Below, piece by piece: positions 20,667 to 31,207 of a stretch of 64,000 nt of DNA. A program made the position numbers and the translations under genes. Each line of letters opens with the position of its first letter. Position 1 is the stretch's first letter. This DNA comes from an uncultured Verrucomicrobiae bacterium (GTDB lineage Bacteria > Verrucomicrobiota > Verrucomicrobiia > Chthoniobacterales > JAFAMB01). The stretch covers positions 3,232,001-3,296,000 of the forward strand of contig CAWIPH010000002.1 of the NCBI GenBank assembly GCA_963837955.1, in the 5' to 3' direction. The notes below the pieces were generated by a model, which saw only the letters and a list, made by a program, of their open reading frames with translations, did no database searches and had not been told where the DNA came from.

Positions 20667-21794
20667 CTAACTGACAGGGATCACCCGAGACTCCCATCCT
20701 TCACACAATGCACGCGCCAGAATCCGGGCAGACTCGTTCCAGGGGCGGTCGACCGCGGGAGGCGATTTCGGTAAACCTATTGCTCGCAGAATTCCTGCTT
20801 TGATCCCTTCCAGAGTCGGCTGTACGTAGATGACATACTCATCCCCTGCCTCCCTCAGCTCCGGGATATCGGTGGTGACCACACGCGCGCCACAGGCACG
20901 CGCCTCAAGAACAGGCATGCCGAAACCTTCATAGAGCGATGGAAAGACTAGCGCGTCGGCTCCGGCATATAAAATAGGCATCGACTCGTCCGGTACATAG
21001 CCCGCCAGCACCAGACCGTATGCGCGGGCCTCGCCGAGTCTCTGCTTCAACGCTCGGTTCTTCCACCCAGTGGGGCCCGCGAGCACCAACCGATGCTCGC
21101 CCAACTTCCCGCCCCTCTTCAGATCGATATACGCACGAAGCACAGCATCGAGATTCTTGCGCGGCTCTGGCGTTGCGACTGACAACAGATAAGGTCGCTT
21201 CACACCAAGGCGCGACAAATTCTCTGGAATCTCGATTTCACCTGCTGACTGTGAAGGCCGAAACTGTGGCCTCACACCGGGCCAAACGACATCGCTCACC
21301 TCTCCCCCAACCATCGTGCGGATGCGCTCGGCGGTGCCGTATGAATTAGCCAGGACACAGTCAGCGGTGAGAATGTCCCCCCGAAACCAAAGTCGACTCG
21401 ACCACCGAGATTGGAACTGCATTGTCTCCGGAACCACCAGGTGATTCAGGTCATGCACGCTGCACACGGTACGCGCACCGCCGGCAAGTCTTGGATGCAG
21501 TGTGCGTCCAGCCCAGAACACGTCAACCCGGTCCGCTTCGCACATGGCGCGACAGCGCGTCTTGAGCCAAACAAACGACGGCAGTCGCCGAAAGGCACTT
21601 ACCGGTTCGCTGCGCAGTTGCCAACGTGGTGACGGCAACAGGACTGCGCCAGCCGGCAGCCTGGAGTACGCGATGAACGACGCCTCGGGCAGTAGCGCGT
21701 CAAGCTCGCGGCCTAAGTTGAAGACATAGTGGCCGACGCCAGAAAGCGGAGCGCGCAATGCGTCCCCATCCATGCCAATACGCAGTGAATTCAT
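20667..21794 (-). CDS. GT4 glycosyltransferase
   Basis: 'SGVGHY', 'VHDL', 'EPRKN', 'PSLYEGFGMPVLEA'. Confidence 0.9.
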   Translation of the reverse strand: MNSLRIGMDGDALRAPLSGVGHYVFNLGRELDALLPEASFIAYSRLPAGAVLLPSPRWQLRSEPVSAFRRLPSFVWLKTRCRAMCEADRVDVFWAGRTLHPRLAGGARTVCSVHDLNHLVVPETMQFQSRWSSRLWFRGDILTADCVLANSYGTAERIRTMVGGEVSDVVWPGVRPQFRPSQSAGEIEIPENLSRLGVKRPYLLSVATPEPRKNLDAVLRAYIDLKRGGKLGEHRLVLAGPTGWKNRALKQRLGEARAYGLVLAGYVPDESMPILYAGADALVFPSLYEGFGMPVLEARACGARVVTTDIPELREAGDEYVIYVQPTLEGIKAGILRAIGLPKSPPAVDRPWNESARILARALCEGWESRVIPVS

Positions 21795-23032
21795 TAGGGT
21801 TCTTCCGGGCTCAGAATCGATCCCGTGTCGACAGGCCGGGTCGCCGTAAAACGCGATTCTTCTGATGAAGTAGCCGTCACTCCCAGCTTACTCGCGGGTG
21901 CGGGACTGTTTCGGTTAATTCCAACAAAGCCACGAAAAGCGACAGCGAGCTTCCGCAACCGGTCTTGCGCATGGAGGCCACCTCGAAACCAAGCCAGAAC
22001 CGGACGCTCTATCGAATAATGAATGAGAAGACCGAAGACGACAGAAATCACAACCAACAACAACGGCAAAATAATGGGATAAGGAATGGGTTTTAGAACA
22101 TGATATTTTACCAGAGTCGCGAACAGTATCATCATCGTCGGGTGAGTTAAGTATATGGAGTAAGATGCGTCTCCAATAGGCACAAGAATCCTAGTCAGAA
22201 GTGATTTATCAAATCGCATCTTGATGAATGAGACGGCCACAAGCAGAGCGGGCAAGCCCCACTCTAGATAACGAACGTCTTGGGCTGGTCCTGCAGTATT
22301 GCTATAAGTATTTTCTGCGAAAACCGCTGCAGCAGCCATCAGAATTAGTCCCGGTACCCACATATATCGCAACCAAACCCCGCTAAGTACCTGATTATGG
22401 ATGAAGTATGAAAGGACAAGTCCAAAACAAAACTCAAGTGCAATCGGGTTGGATAAAAAGTGTTTGATATCACCTTCCGGCAGAAGATTGCTCAACACTA
22501 ATCCTGTGCCAATGAGACAAGTCGTGGTGAGTATCGCAATTCGCGCGTTACGTAACCACAGTGTGAGTGAAAATAGGTAATAAAAGTACATTTCATAAAC
22601 CAGCGTCCAAGCAACACCAATGATCAGTTTGCTACTGGGAAGCAAAAGGAAGGAGCATCCCAAAATTTGGGCATCGAGATGGAGGCTCCGATAAAAATAA
22701 CCACTCAACCACAAGACCAGAGTGGCCAGCAGCCAAATCCAATATAATGGAAAGATGCGAATGAACCGCTTTAACAAAAACCGGGGTGCTTGTTCGGGAT
22801 TCCGGGGCTCTCGTCCATACGTCACGCTATAGATGATGAAACCGCTAATCACGAAGAAGATGTCAACGCCGGAAGCTCCGATTCGGATAAGCCATTCTGG
22901 CGCGATCTTGGTAGAAATCGCCAGCGATTCTTCTAATGAATGATGGGATACCACCAGCATTGCAGCAATTCCGCGAAGTATTTGGATACCAATATTCCAG
23001 CTGGTTGTTTTAGGCATGTGAGGTATTAGCAA
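21794..23032 (-). CDS. Acyltransferase family 3 (O-acyltransferase, ExoZ-like)
   Basis: 'IQILRGIAA', 'GVDIFFVISGF', 'KRFIRIFPLYW', 'WTLVYEMYFY', 'GDASYSIYLTH'. Confidence 0.9.
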   Translation of the reverse strand: MLIPHMPKTTSWNIGIQILRGIAAMLVVSHHSLEESLAISTKIAPEWLIRIGASGVDIFFVISGFIIYSVTYGREPRNPEQAPRFLLKRFIRIFPLYWIWLLATLVLWLSGYFYRSLHLDAQILGCSFLLLPSSKLIIGVAWTLVYEMYFYYLFSLTLWLRNARIAILTTTCLIGTGLVLSNLLPEGDIKHFLSNPIALEFCFGLVLSYFIHNQVLSGVWLRYMWVPGLILMAAAAVFAENTYSNTAGPAQDVRYLEWGLPALLVAVSFIKMRFDKSLLTRILVPIGDASYSIYLTHPTMMILFATLVKYHVLKPIPYPIILPLLLVVISVVFGLLIHYSIERPVLAWFRGGLHAQDRLRKLAVAFRGFVGINRNSPAPASKLGVTATSSEESRFTATRPVDTGSILSPEEP

Positions 23033-23218
23033 ACTTCGGACCGAAGCTTTTAGCGTAATTTTTGACTAACATTAGTTCACACTTAACAGTGCGTCCTGTA
23101 TCCGGATAACTATTCACAGTTAAACGTGCAGAACAATTGCCACCTGGGTTCTCAGGAAAGTCGCATTTAGTAAGCTCGTTCGTATTGCTTTCCTCTTCGA
23201 TTGGACAAGAGATCCAGG

Positions 23219-24247
23219 TTAGCTATTTGCTGCGAGCTCAAGTCTGCGCCAGGTCTCCGACGCAGCAGTCTCCCAACTGTAGAGGGCGGCTCGCTGCACT
23301 CCTTGTTCTGCCAGTGATGCTCGTTGTATACTATCAAGCCGCAACAACGCTTCCAACTTGCTCGAGAGATCTTGCGGGCTGAACGGATCAAAATACTCGG
23401 CTGTTCCACCATATATTTCCCGATGCGCAGGAATATCGGAGACAGCAACTGGACAGCCGCACGCCAGAGCCTCTAACGGCGGCAGGCCGAATCCCTCATA
23501 GATAGATGGGTAGACAAATCCGGCCGCGCCCGAATACAGGACGGATAGCAAGCCGTCTTCGACCCGGCCAAGCAGACGGACTGATTCGGGTATGGAATCG
23601 AACTGCAATTTTTGGAATACGTGACCGCTCGCTCCCGCTACCGCTAACATTGATCCATTGAAATTGCCCAACTGCCACGCCTCGAGCAGCATTCTTAGAT
23701 TCTTGCGAGGCTCGATTGAACCGACGAACAGGATATAGGGGCGAGTTAGTCCCAAGCCGGTTAGCGCTTCTCTGACCGTTTTCGGATTTACAGGACGAAA
23801 ACGTCGATCGACGCCGTTGAATATAACATGAACATTCTCTGACTTTACGCCGGTTAGTTTGACGATCCGTTCTTTGGAAAAATGAGAGACCGTAATCGTC
23901 GCTCTCACTTTGCGAATAAGTCGCGGCAGCATGGCGGCGTACCACAGCGCAAACTTGCGCTCAAACCATTCAGGATGATCTAAGGCTGCCGCATCATGCA
24001 CGGTTACTACTTGCCGGCTCACCGCCAGAGGACCGGTATTACCAGGACTCCACAGGAGCTGGCGTTTGAGTTGAGTAGGAAGATAAAATTGCTCCCAAAG
24101 GTGCCCTTTGATGCCCTGCATTGCCTGTGACGGTTTTACTGAATTCAACCCGGAAGGCATGTGAGGCAACAGGCTGAGCAGATATCTTTGAACGCCTGTG
24201 GTGGGGTGTCCGAGCGTGCGTAGGTTAACACACGGTTTCAAGGTCAT
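23219..24247 (-). CDS. GT4 glycosyltransferase
   Basis: 'TGVQRY', 'LWEQ', 'VTVHD', 'EPRKN', 'YEGFGLPPLEA'. Confidence 0.9.
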   Translation of the reverse strand: MTLKPCVNLRTLGHPTTGVQRYLLSLLPHMPSGLNSVKPSQAMQGIKGHLWEQFYLPTQLKRQLLWSPGNTGPLAVSRQVVTVHDAAALDHPEWFERKFALWYAAMLPRLIRKVRATITVSHFSKERIVKLTGVKSENVHVIFNGVDRRFRPVNPKTVREALTGLGLTRPYILFVGSIEPRKNLRMLLEAWQLGNFNGSMLAVAGASGHVFQKLQFDSIPESVRLLGRVEDGLLSVLYSGAAGFVYPSIYEGFGLPPLEALACGCPVAVSDIPAHREIYGGTAEYFDPFSPQDLSSKLEALLRLDSIQRASLAEQGVQRAALYSWETAASETWRRLELAANS

Positions 24248-24330
24248 AATACGACTAGTGCGATGCCGCTAAGGGCCTGGCCGATAGCGGAACCTTCCAT
24301 TGTGCGGAACAATCTGCCCAAAATCTGGGA

Positions 24331-25500
24331 TCAAACCTGGGCAATCTTTGGTCGCCGGCTCATCTTAGACAGCATCACGAGTAACCTACGGAATTCATTT
24401 TTCCTTTGCTCGGTAACGCGTGCTAGCAGGTAGATCGATAAGCTCGTCCCAACAACAACGACCGCTGTGATGGGCCAGTTTCGGACGTTCAGTTCCCGCT
24501 GACCGCCCACGACGGCCGCGATTGCCCGAAAGAAATAGACGAGCGGGTAGTGGTAAAGGTACATGCTGAACGTACAGTGCGCCAGGGCACGGATCGGCGA
24601 ACTAAATGTAGACAGCACCGGAGATAGCGCGCCCTCCAGACCTTTGAGCCCGATAAGCAACCCGGAAAAGAGCACGCCGGAGACATAATTCGAGAGAAAG
24701 TGACTCGACATTCCGATCATGCCCGGCGGCAGGCCAGTCGTTAGAATCTCGGTCCTGTGGTCCAAGGCGGAGCGAGCGCCGCTGGCCATGAACACGACAT
24801 AGCAGAGGGTCGAAACTACACACAGCACAGCGCCGCCGAGAGGGGAGACGACGGCCCGCTTGTAGATGTGCCACATGCCGACTCCCATCAGCCAGATAGG
24901 CAGTAACAGGAGACCTTTTGGCCCAACGACAATGCATACCAGAGTGAGACCTATCGCGCGCGGCCATGCTCTCCGCTCATAGTAAGCGACGCAAAAAATG
25001 AGGTAATACGCAGCTTCGTATCCAAGGGACCAAAAGGGGCTGTTTGTCCCCGGCCAAACGTTCAAGGTCCAAATCTGATTGATGAATGTTACGGTCGCGC
25101 CAAACTGTATCGGAAGCGGTGTGGCCAGATTGGCCATGGTCGCGGGGTCGGTCCAGTGATCGGCATAGATAGCTGGGAATATCGCACTACCTACGTAATC
25201 GAGAGCGATGGTCAGAACGACAGCCGGAATGGTCACCGAGAGCAACCTTGTGGCGCGGCTCAGGAGATATTGGGAGGCTGTCCTATCATTAGTCTCAGCC
25301 GTGAGAGCAATGACAAATCCGGACAGTACGAAGAATATGATCACTGGCTCAGTGGCCGTTTGGGTAAAAAGCCAGGGAATGTAGGTGCCGAATTTTTCGA
25401 ATCCGGCGTGATGCAAGAGCACAAGACAGGCGGCCGCGAACCGAACGATGTCCAGAATGAGGGACATCTGTCGGCTGATCGAAGATGATCGCTGGATCAT
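24331..25500 (-). CDS. Acyltransferase family 3
   Basis: 'LDIVRFAAA', 'FFVLSGFVI', 'WSLGYE', 'FSMYLYHYP'; about 10 TM segments. Confidence 0.88.
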   Translation of the reverse strand: MIQRSSSISRQMSLILDIVRFAAACLVLLHHAGFEKFGTYIPWLFTQTATEPVIIFFVLSGFVIALTAETNDRTASQYLLSRATRLLSVTIPAVVLTIALDYVGSAIFPAIYADHWTDPATMANLATPLPIQFGATVTFINQIWTLNVWPGTNSPFWSLGYEAAYYLIFCVAYYERRAWPRAIGLTLVCIVVGPKGLLLLPIWLMGVGMWHIYKRAVVSPLGGAVLCVVSTLCYVVFMASGARSALDHRTEILTTGLPPGMIGMSSHFLSNYVSGVLFSGLLIGLKGLEGALSPVLSTFSSPIRALAHCTFSMYLYHYPLVYFFRAIAAVVGGQRELNVRNWPITAVVVVGTSLSIYLLARVTEQRKNEFRRLLVMLSKMSRRPKIAQV

Positions 25501-25556
25501 GTCGTCGGGCGAGCTTTCGTCGCAATGATGATTCCCATTTCAGCACTTTCCATGGG

Positions 25557-27068
25557 CTAACGGATAATCAGTAATTGGGGAGCGCCGGACAGCGAGACTG
25601 GTACGGAAACGTGGGGATCCGGTTTCGCCCGTGTGCTGTCTTTAATTTGAGACGTCGCAGGAGCTTGGTCGGACACGCTTTCCGACCATTTCCCGGAGAT
25701 CTCGGTCTGGTTCCCAGTCAGAAGATTGTACAGGAAAACATGACGGTGTTCCCGGGCTAGCGGCAAGGTTATCACGGCGTTGGCGGTTGTCGCGTTCGGA
25801 TCCCACGGTTTGACTTCCCAAAAAGCGACCACAGTCGTTTGTTCATCGGAACTGGAGAACGTATGGCATCGATAACCAAGTCCCTCCTGCTTGAGTGCGG
25901 GATCATTCTCAATCGAGGCCTGTTTTGCGGGAGGCGCCGCGGCCATTCCGGCGAGAAAGCCGGTAAGCCTTTGCAGGGCGAAATAAGACTGTTTCGCTGA
26001 AAGATTATTGTGAATCAGTCCGAAATTCTGTTCGTGCGAATACGGATCAACCCCGTCGTCCTTGAAATCGTAAATGAACGTATGCTCGACCCCAGTACCC
26101 TCGCTCTCCAAAAGCCGCCGGAGAATGTAAACCGCTTGAGTTTCCTCCGACATACCTGGCTTGCCGGGTTTCGCTTGCACCGACGAATAGCCCCACTCAG
26201 TGTGCCAGAGCTTCTCAGTGGCGCCCCATTTTCTTGCTTGGGCCCGGAACATCGAGACCTGGGAAGCCAAGGTCCCGTCCGCATCAGCGGTGGCGATCCC
26301 ATCGCGAAGAAGCAAATATGGGGTAGAGGCGTACGGGACGAGTTCGGGCAATTGATCACCGTAGGGATGATCCGTCAGACCATCGACCTGGGGAGCCAAA
26401 CCGAGCGCGATCATCCGGAAACTGGCCGGTGCCGGAGTACCCAAGCCAATCACCGCCATATGCGGATTGGCGAGTTTGATCTCTTTGGCAGCCGCGTTCA
26501 GAATTTGCACATACTTCTGCAGATAAGGTGAGACGGAACCGTTGAGCTCATGCCCATTCCACTGTCCGCCGTAGAGATCCCGGAATCCGAAATTGTTGGG
26601 CTCGTTAAGAATCTCGATGGCCTGAACATCATCGGCGAGTTCGCGCGCGAGCCAACCCGCTGCCTTCGCATAGGCGGCGGTATCGTAATGGTCGGCATAC
26701 GCCGGATTGCCGTAGGCCAGGATGAGGTCTACCTTGAGCCCCGATTTTCGCGCGGCTTGAATCCAAGCCTTGGCCTTTGCTGGGATGTGATAGTTTCCGG
26801 GTGTCGGCTCCATGGCGGCCCAACCGAAATCATCCCGGATCCAGCCCGCACCGGACTTCGCAATCAGAGGCATGATTTCTTCCACCGACCAATCGTGGGA
26901 GAAATGTGTGCATACGCCGATACGGTCGTCTCGTCCGGGGCTGTCGGAAACTGCCTGAGCCGTGACAACAAACAGACAATTCACGCTGAGAGCAGATACC
27001 CGGACAAAATTGGCGATCCACTCGAATTTTTTCGCTGAGAACATAGACAAACTTTGTTCGCTGAGCAC
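25557..27068 (-). CDS. Secreted clan GH-A glycoside hydrolase (GH5/GH39-like)
   Basis: Signal-like N-terminus, 'WIRDDFGW', acid/base 'NEP', nucleophile 'WHTEWG', 'NFGL'. Confidence 0.78.
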   Translation of the reverse strand: MLSEQSLSMFSAKKFEWIANFVRVSALSVNCLFVVTAQAVSDSPGRDDRIGVCTHFSHDWSVEEIMPLIAKSGAGWIRDDFGWAAMEPTPGNYHIPAKAKAWIQAARKSGLKVDLILAYGNPAYADHYDTAAYAKAAGWLARELADDVQAIEILNEPNNFGFRDLYGGQWNGHELNGSVSPYLQKYVQILNAAAKEIKLANPHMAVIGLGTPAPASFRMIALGLAPQVDGLTDHPYGDQLPELVPYASTPYLLLRDGIATADADGTLASQVSMFRAQARKWGATEKLWHTEWGYSSVQAKPGKPGMSEETQAVYILRRLLESEGTGVEHTFIYDFKDDGVDPYSHEQNFGLIHNNLSAKQSYFALQRLTGFLAGMAAAPPAKQASIENDPALKQEGLGYRCHTFSSSDEQTTVVAFWEVKPWDPNATTANAVITLPLAREHRHVFLYNLLTGNQTEISGKWSESVSDQAPATSQIKDSTRAKPDPHVSVPVSLSGAPQLLIIR

Positions 27069-27230
27069 GGAGCAACAACAGGACTCGGCCCGAGATTCTA
27101 AAGTAATTTCGGCTGGAGGACGCTTGGGCTAGGCTCCGTCACAGTCGTTATTGTTTTCGTGTCGGCTACGTGGCGACCAGGGAGCAAGCAAGGCAGGCAT
27201 TCGGCTGCGGCGCGAGAAAGTTACACTTAT

Positions 27231-27346
27231 CGGTTTTACTGAATTCAGCTTGCCGGCATTTAAGATAACAGGCTGAGCAGATTCCTTCGCCGCACTGTCC
27301 GAGCGTGCGTAGATGGCAACACGTTCCAACGTCATAACCCGACTAG
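27231..27346 (-). pseudogene. Decayed copy of the 5' end of the GT4 gene at 23219..24247
   Basis: Shares colinear identical blocks CGGTTTTACTGAATTCA, AACAGGCTGAGCAGAT, TGTCCGAGCGTGCGTAG and GTCATAA..CGACTAG with 24131-24258. Confidence 0.75.
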
Positions 27347-27364
27347 CTAGCCAAATGGCTGGTG

Positions 27365-28693
27365 TTAGGTCTTCCCCGGATGGAGGAGGTATCCACCGAC
27401 GGGCGATCCGATTCGGCCGGGATCGGCAGCTCTTTTCTCCTGCCTTTGCTGATCAAGTCGCCAGTAAGCCAAGCCCAGAAACATCCATGTCGTTGGCAAA
27501 AAAAGCTCTGATACGTTAATCCAGTATAGGAAGAAAAGCACCACAACTCCTACTCTAAGGGCAAGACCTCCATTTTCTGATCGTAACAATATGGCCGGCT
27601 TGAGAAACGCGTAAAAGTAGACAATCATGCCGATCCAGCCGGTATTAACCAGAACGGCAGAAAACACCGATCCATAATAGTAGCCAAAACCTATCCCGAA
27701 TAGGTAGTTCATCAATGTGAACGTCTTTACGGTGTCGTGCATCGCTAGCGCGGCCTGCTCATGGAGATCGCCTGAGCCGGCCTCGGCGTTCAGTTTGGCG
27801 GTGAACATTCCGTCATAGGTTTCCGGAAATGCATAATAGAGAGTCACCAGCGCTCCCGCGAAAAAAAGAACAATAAGAACAATTGATAGACTCAATTTTC
27901 TTTGAAAGAAGCTATAAACAATCAGAGCAAAAGGGAGTGCCATAAACGCCGAGGTGGAGGCCGAGAACACGAGGCAAAAGAGAAGCGCGGCAGAGAGCCA
28001 TTTCCGCTTGTTTTCCACAGCCAGAAATAGATAAGGGACAACAGCCGCCGAAAGAAAGGAAGGCTCCCCAAACGTGGATTTTATACGTAGTAAGCTGAGA
28101 GAACCCACTTGGATTACCTGTGACCAGCTTCCCGTATGGAAATCCTCCCCGTAGGTTCGATTGCCCAAGAAATCCCCCGGCTGCTGGAATATTAAAAAGA
28201 AAAGCCATTCATAGATCCCGTAGATAGCAAGAAACCAGCCTCCCCACAGGACATAACGCATCCACTCGGCCCGAAAGAAGAAGCGAAAGAACAAGGCGAT
28301 GCAAAGGCAGGCAGCCAGATACAAAGTCTGTGTAAAAAGCACGGAGCGAAACACAACCCGTGTATCGCTCGGGTTATTCAGGAATATATCACCAAAGTCG
28401 TGCCTATCCGAGACAAGGTGTCCTAGTTGGCTCCCGCATAGTAGGAGAAGCCAGATCCCCGCTACTACCAGGGCCACTTTGAAGTAGCGGATTCGCTGGA
28501 TACTTGGTTGCCCGCTGCTGCGACTCAGGATAACAAAGAAGACAGAAGCAAATGCCATAACATAGGCGGGTATGCTTCCTTGTGCGGAGGGGATGACCAA
28601 GAATGATGTAAGCGGCATCAAAACGCACCAGAGTGCTATAAACCAATCAGGAAGCCCTTTCATCGGACTAAAGTAAGCGTTGATTCCATTCAC
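27365..28693 (-). CDS. Polytopic membrane protein, putative Wzy polymerase / O-antigen ligase family
   Basis: About 11 TMs, 'RIKSTFGEPS', 'LFGIGFG'; located inside the GT cluster. Confidence 0.7.
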   Translation of the reverse strand: MNGINAYFSPMKGLPDWFIALWCVLMPLTSFLVIPSAQGSIPAYVMAFASVFFVILSRSSGQPSIQRIRYFKVALVVAGIWLLLLCGSQLGHLVSDRHDFGDIFLNNPSDTRVVFRSVLFTQTLYLAACLCIALFFRFFFRAEWMRYVLWGGWFLAIYGIYEWLFFLIFQQPGDFLGNRTYGEDFHTGSWSQVIQVGSLSLLRIKSTFGEPSFLSAAVVPYLFLAVENKRKWLSAALLFCLVFSASTSAFMALPFALIVYSFFQRKLSLSIVLIVLFFAGALVTLYYAFPETYDGMFTAKLNAEAGSGDLHEQAALAMHDTVKTFTLMNYLFGIGFGYYYGSVFSAVLVNTGWIGMIVYFYAFLKPAILLRSENGGLALRVGVVVLFFLYWINVSELFLPTTWMFLGLAYWRLDQQRQEKRAADPGRIGSPVGGYLLHPGKT

Positions 28694-28808
28694 TCTCCGG
28701 GAAACGTCGCGATCACCCAGAGCCGTTCCTTGTCAACCAGCGCCGCTATTTGTTGTACTGCTTGGGTAAAAGAAGCTTTTTGTCGTCTCGAAGACGGCCT
28801 ACCGATCT

Positions 28809-29729
28809 CTAGCGCACCTCTTCCGAGTCTCGAATAGAGGATGGAACAATTCTGTTCCTGCCTGTCAATGAGCGCCCGGCCAGACGAGCCCGAGCGATAT
28901 AATCGAGACCAGACACAATCTCCAGGGCCGTCTTCCCCAATGAATGGTGCCACCGGGTGAGGAGCCAATTTTTAACATAGACGTTCCGCATTGCTCTGTT
29001 AAGCATACACTTTGCGTAGTAGGCTCCACGGCCGCGGTCGTACCACCGCATAAGATGCCACTCTTCTTCTGCGGTTTTTCTCCCGTGATGGTGGTAGACA
29101 AGTGGTTTGGGGTCGTACGCACCGTACCAGCCCGCCGCCGAGATTCTCGCCATCAATTCCGTCTCATCACCGCTGTAGAGTGCTCCGGCTCCGAACCACG
29201 GATCGAAGCCATCGACCTCGGTGAGAGCGGCCCGGCGATAGGCGATGTTTGCACCTTGAATAACACCGGGTTGGATAAAACTGCCTGGCGGAAAAGAAAG
29301 AGGCTCCAAAGATTCTTGTATCGTGATTCTGCGGTCCGTTGGATCATGTAACAGGATCCGCCCTCCCACAAAACCAAGTTTAGGATCGTTTGAGAAGCAC
29401 TCAAATATCGAATCGAGATAGTCCTCTTCCGGATAGCAATCATCATCGATACAAACGACAATGGCAGATCTGGCGGATCGCCAACCGGAATTTTTCGCAC
29501 AGGCCACTCCCCGACCCGGTTGAATGATCATTTGTACAGGGCGGTCACAGGTTGCGGCAAATTCCGCTACAACGGCACTTGTCCCGTCCGTCGATTCATT
29601 GTCTACGACAATAAGCTCCCACTTTAATTGTGATCGAATCGCCGAAACTCGCTCGAGCGTTTGAGCCAGTTGGGTAGCGCGGTTGCGGGTACAAATCAGT
29701 AAGGATAGATCGAACAAACTGTCGGCCAT
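28809..29729 (-). CDS. GT2 glycosyltransferase
   Basis: 'LSLLICTRNR', 'VVDNESTD', 'CIDDD', 'GANIAYRR'. Confidence 0.9.
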   Translation of the reverse strand: MADSLFDLSLLICTRNRATQLAQTLERVSAIRSQLKWELIVVDNESTDGTSAVVAEFAATCDRPVQMIIQPGRGVACAKNSGWRSARSAIVVCIDDDCYPEEDYLDSIFECFSNDPKLGFVGGRILLHDPTDRRITIQESLEPLSFPPGSFIQPGVIQGANIAYRRAALTEVDGFDPWFGAGALYSGDETELMARISAAGWYGAYDPKPLVYHHHGRKTAEEEWHLMRWYDRGRGAYYAKCMLNRAMRNVYVKNWLLTRWHHSLGKTALEIVSGLDYIARARLAGRSLTGRNRIVPSSIRDSEEVR

Positions 29730-29761
29730 GGAGTTTTCGCGCGCAGAGTTCCCTCAAATCC

Positions 29762-31138
29762 CTAGGTCTCCAATGCCGAGTGCCCAATTTTGGGCATGTT
29801 ACCATTCGCATCATCCTGAATTATGCTGGATACAAACTCTTTTCTCGTTTCTGATGCCTCCCACGAGAAGTCGGCAAAGACCAATCCGTGCGCCGAAGCC
29901 TCTGGGCCGGCGGAATGTGAGTATGGTAGTACAGGAGATATCATCAGCGAACAGGCACCTTCCCAATAATCCATGGTCCAAGGAGCCCCGAGCGAAAGGT
30001 CAACGCGATAACTCCCAGGTTTTAACCAAGGCGCGGTAAACCGGAACCGTCCGCTAATCCGGGGGCAATCCTCTACCCAGAATCCTATCAGACGCGAATC
30101 ACATTGGGCAAGAACTATCCCATTCGAATCGACTATCCGGGCGCATACCCACATCCTTCCTACCAGCTTCCCCCGACGCTCAATTTCAAAGTTGATAACT
30201 TTTTCCTCCACCCCCCCAAAGATTGGTCGATCGGGACCTGCTAACGTATAGCGATAGTCGCCAGAGCCATATCTGCGATCTGGATTATCATCTTGACCGT
30301 TTGCCTTGGAAAAACTGGAGACGTATATGTCAATCGCTTCTTTAATACTACCAGTATACTCCAGCGAGCCTGCCCGAAGAAACATCCCGCGGTTACATAG
30401 GACCGAGACAGCCTGCATATTATGGCTGACGAATAAAATGGTGCGACCACCGGTTGCCACGTCGTGCATCTTGCCCAAACATTTCTTCTGAAATTCTGCG
30501 TCACCCACCGCTAGAACTTCATCCACAATTAAAATCTCAGACTCGAGATGGGCAGCAATCGAGAAAGCGAGCCGCACATACATACCGCTGCTGTAGCGCT
30601 TCACCGGCGTATCCAGGAATTTTTCAACTTCAGCGAATGCTACGATCTCATCGAACTTGGCTTTGATCTCGGCCCGCGTCATTCCAAGTATTGTACCGTT
30701 CAGATAAATGTTCTCGCGCCCGGTTAGTTCCGGATGAAAGCCGGTCCCGACTTCAAGCAAGCTCGCCACGCGACCTCTCAGACGGATCCGGCCCTCGGTT
30801 GGCTCTGTGATCCTGCTCAGAAGCTTCAGCAGGGTGGATTTGCCAGCGCCGTTCCGACCGATGATGCCGACTACATCTCCCTGTTCAACTTTGAAGGAGA
30901 CATCTTTGATAGCCCAAAAGTCCTCAGCAGAGTTGCCGGAATGCATCAAATCGGAATCGCCAGTCGATTTAGCGTTTGCGCCGCCGTGGCTTCGTTTTTT
31001 ACCAGAAAATGCCCGAAATGGGGCGACCACCCCTCGGGCAATTACATCACGAAGCGTCGTGTAACGTTCGCCACCGCTCTTGTGCCGTAAGCTATAGAGC
31101 TTGCCGACGTTTTCGACGGAGATAACGGCGTCAGACAT
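29762..31138 (-). CDS. wzt: Polysaccharide ABC transporter ATP-binding protein Wzt (copy 1) with C-terminal domain
   Basis: 'GRNGAGKST', '[13 protein letters not shown]', '[11 protein letters not shown]', 'VDEVLAVGD', plus a beta-rich C-terminal extension. Confidence 0.9.
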   Translation of the reverse strand: MSDAVISVENVGKLYSLRHKSGGERYTTLRDVIARGVVAPFRAFSGKKRSHGGANAKSTGDSDLMHSGNSAEDFWAIKDVSFKVEQGDVVGIIGRNGAGKSTLLKLLSRITEPTEGRIRLRGRVASLLEVGTGFHPELTGRENIYLNGTILGMTRAEIKAKFDEIVAFAEVEKFLDTPVKRYSSGMYVRLAFSIAAHLESEILIVDEVLAVGDAEFQKKCLGKMHDVATGGRTILFVSHNMQAVSVLCNRGMFLRAGSLEYTGSIKEAIDIYVSSFSKANGQDDNPDRRYGSGDYRYTLAGPDRPIFGGVEEKVINFEIERRGKLVGRMWVCARIVDSNGIVLAQCDSRLIGFWVEDCPRISGRFRFTAPWLKPGSYRVDLSLGAPWTMDYWEGACSLMISPVLPYSHSAGPEASAHGLVFADFSWEASETRKEFVSSIIQDDANGNMPKIGHSALET

Positions 31139-31150
31139 GAGCTTTGAAAC

Positions 31151-31185
31151 TGCGGATCGCGGATTGCGGATCGCAAATCGCGAGT
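31151..31185. repeat. Five degenerate tandem heptamers (YGCGGAT-like)
   Basis: TGCGGAT CGCGGAT TGCGGAT CGCAAAT CGCGAGT just upstream of wzt copy 1. Confidence 0.7.
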
Positions 31186-31207
31186 CGAGAAAGGCTAATC
31201 TGATGGC

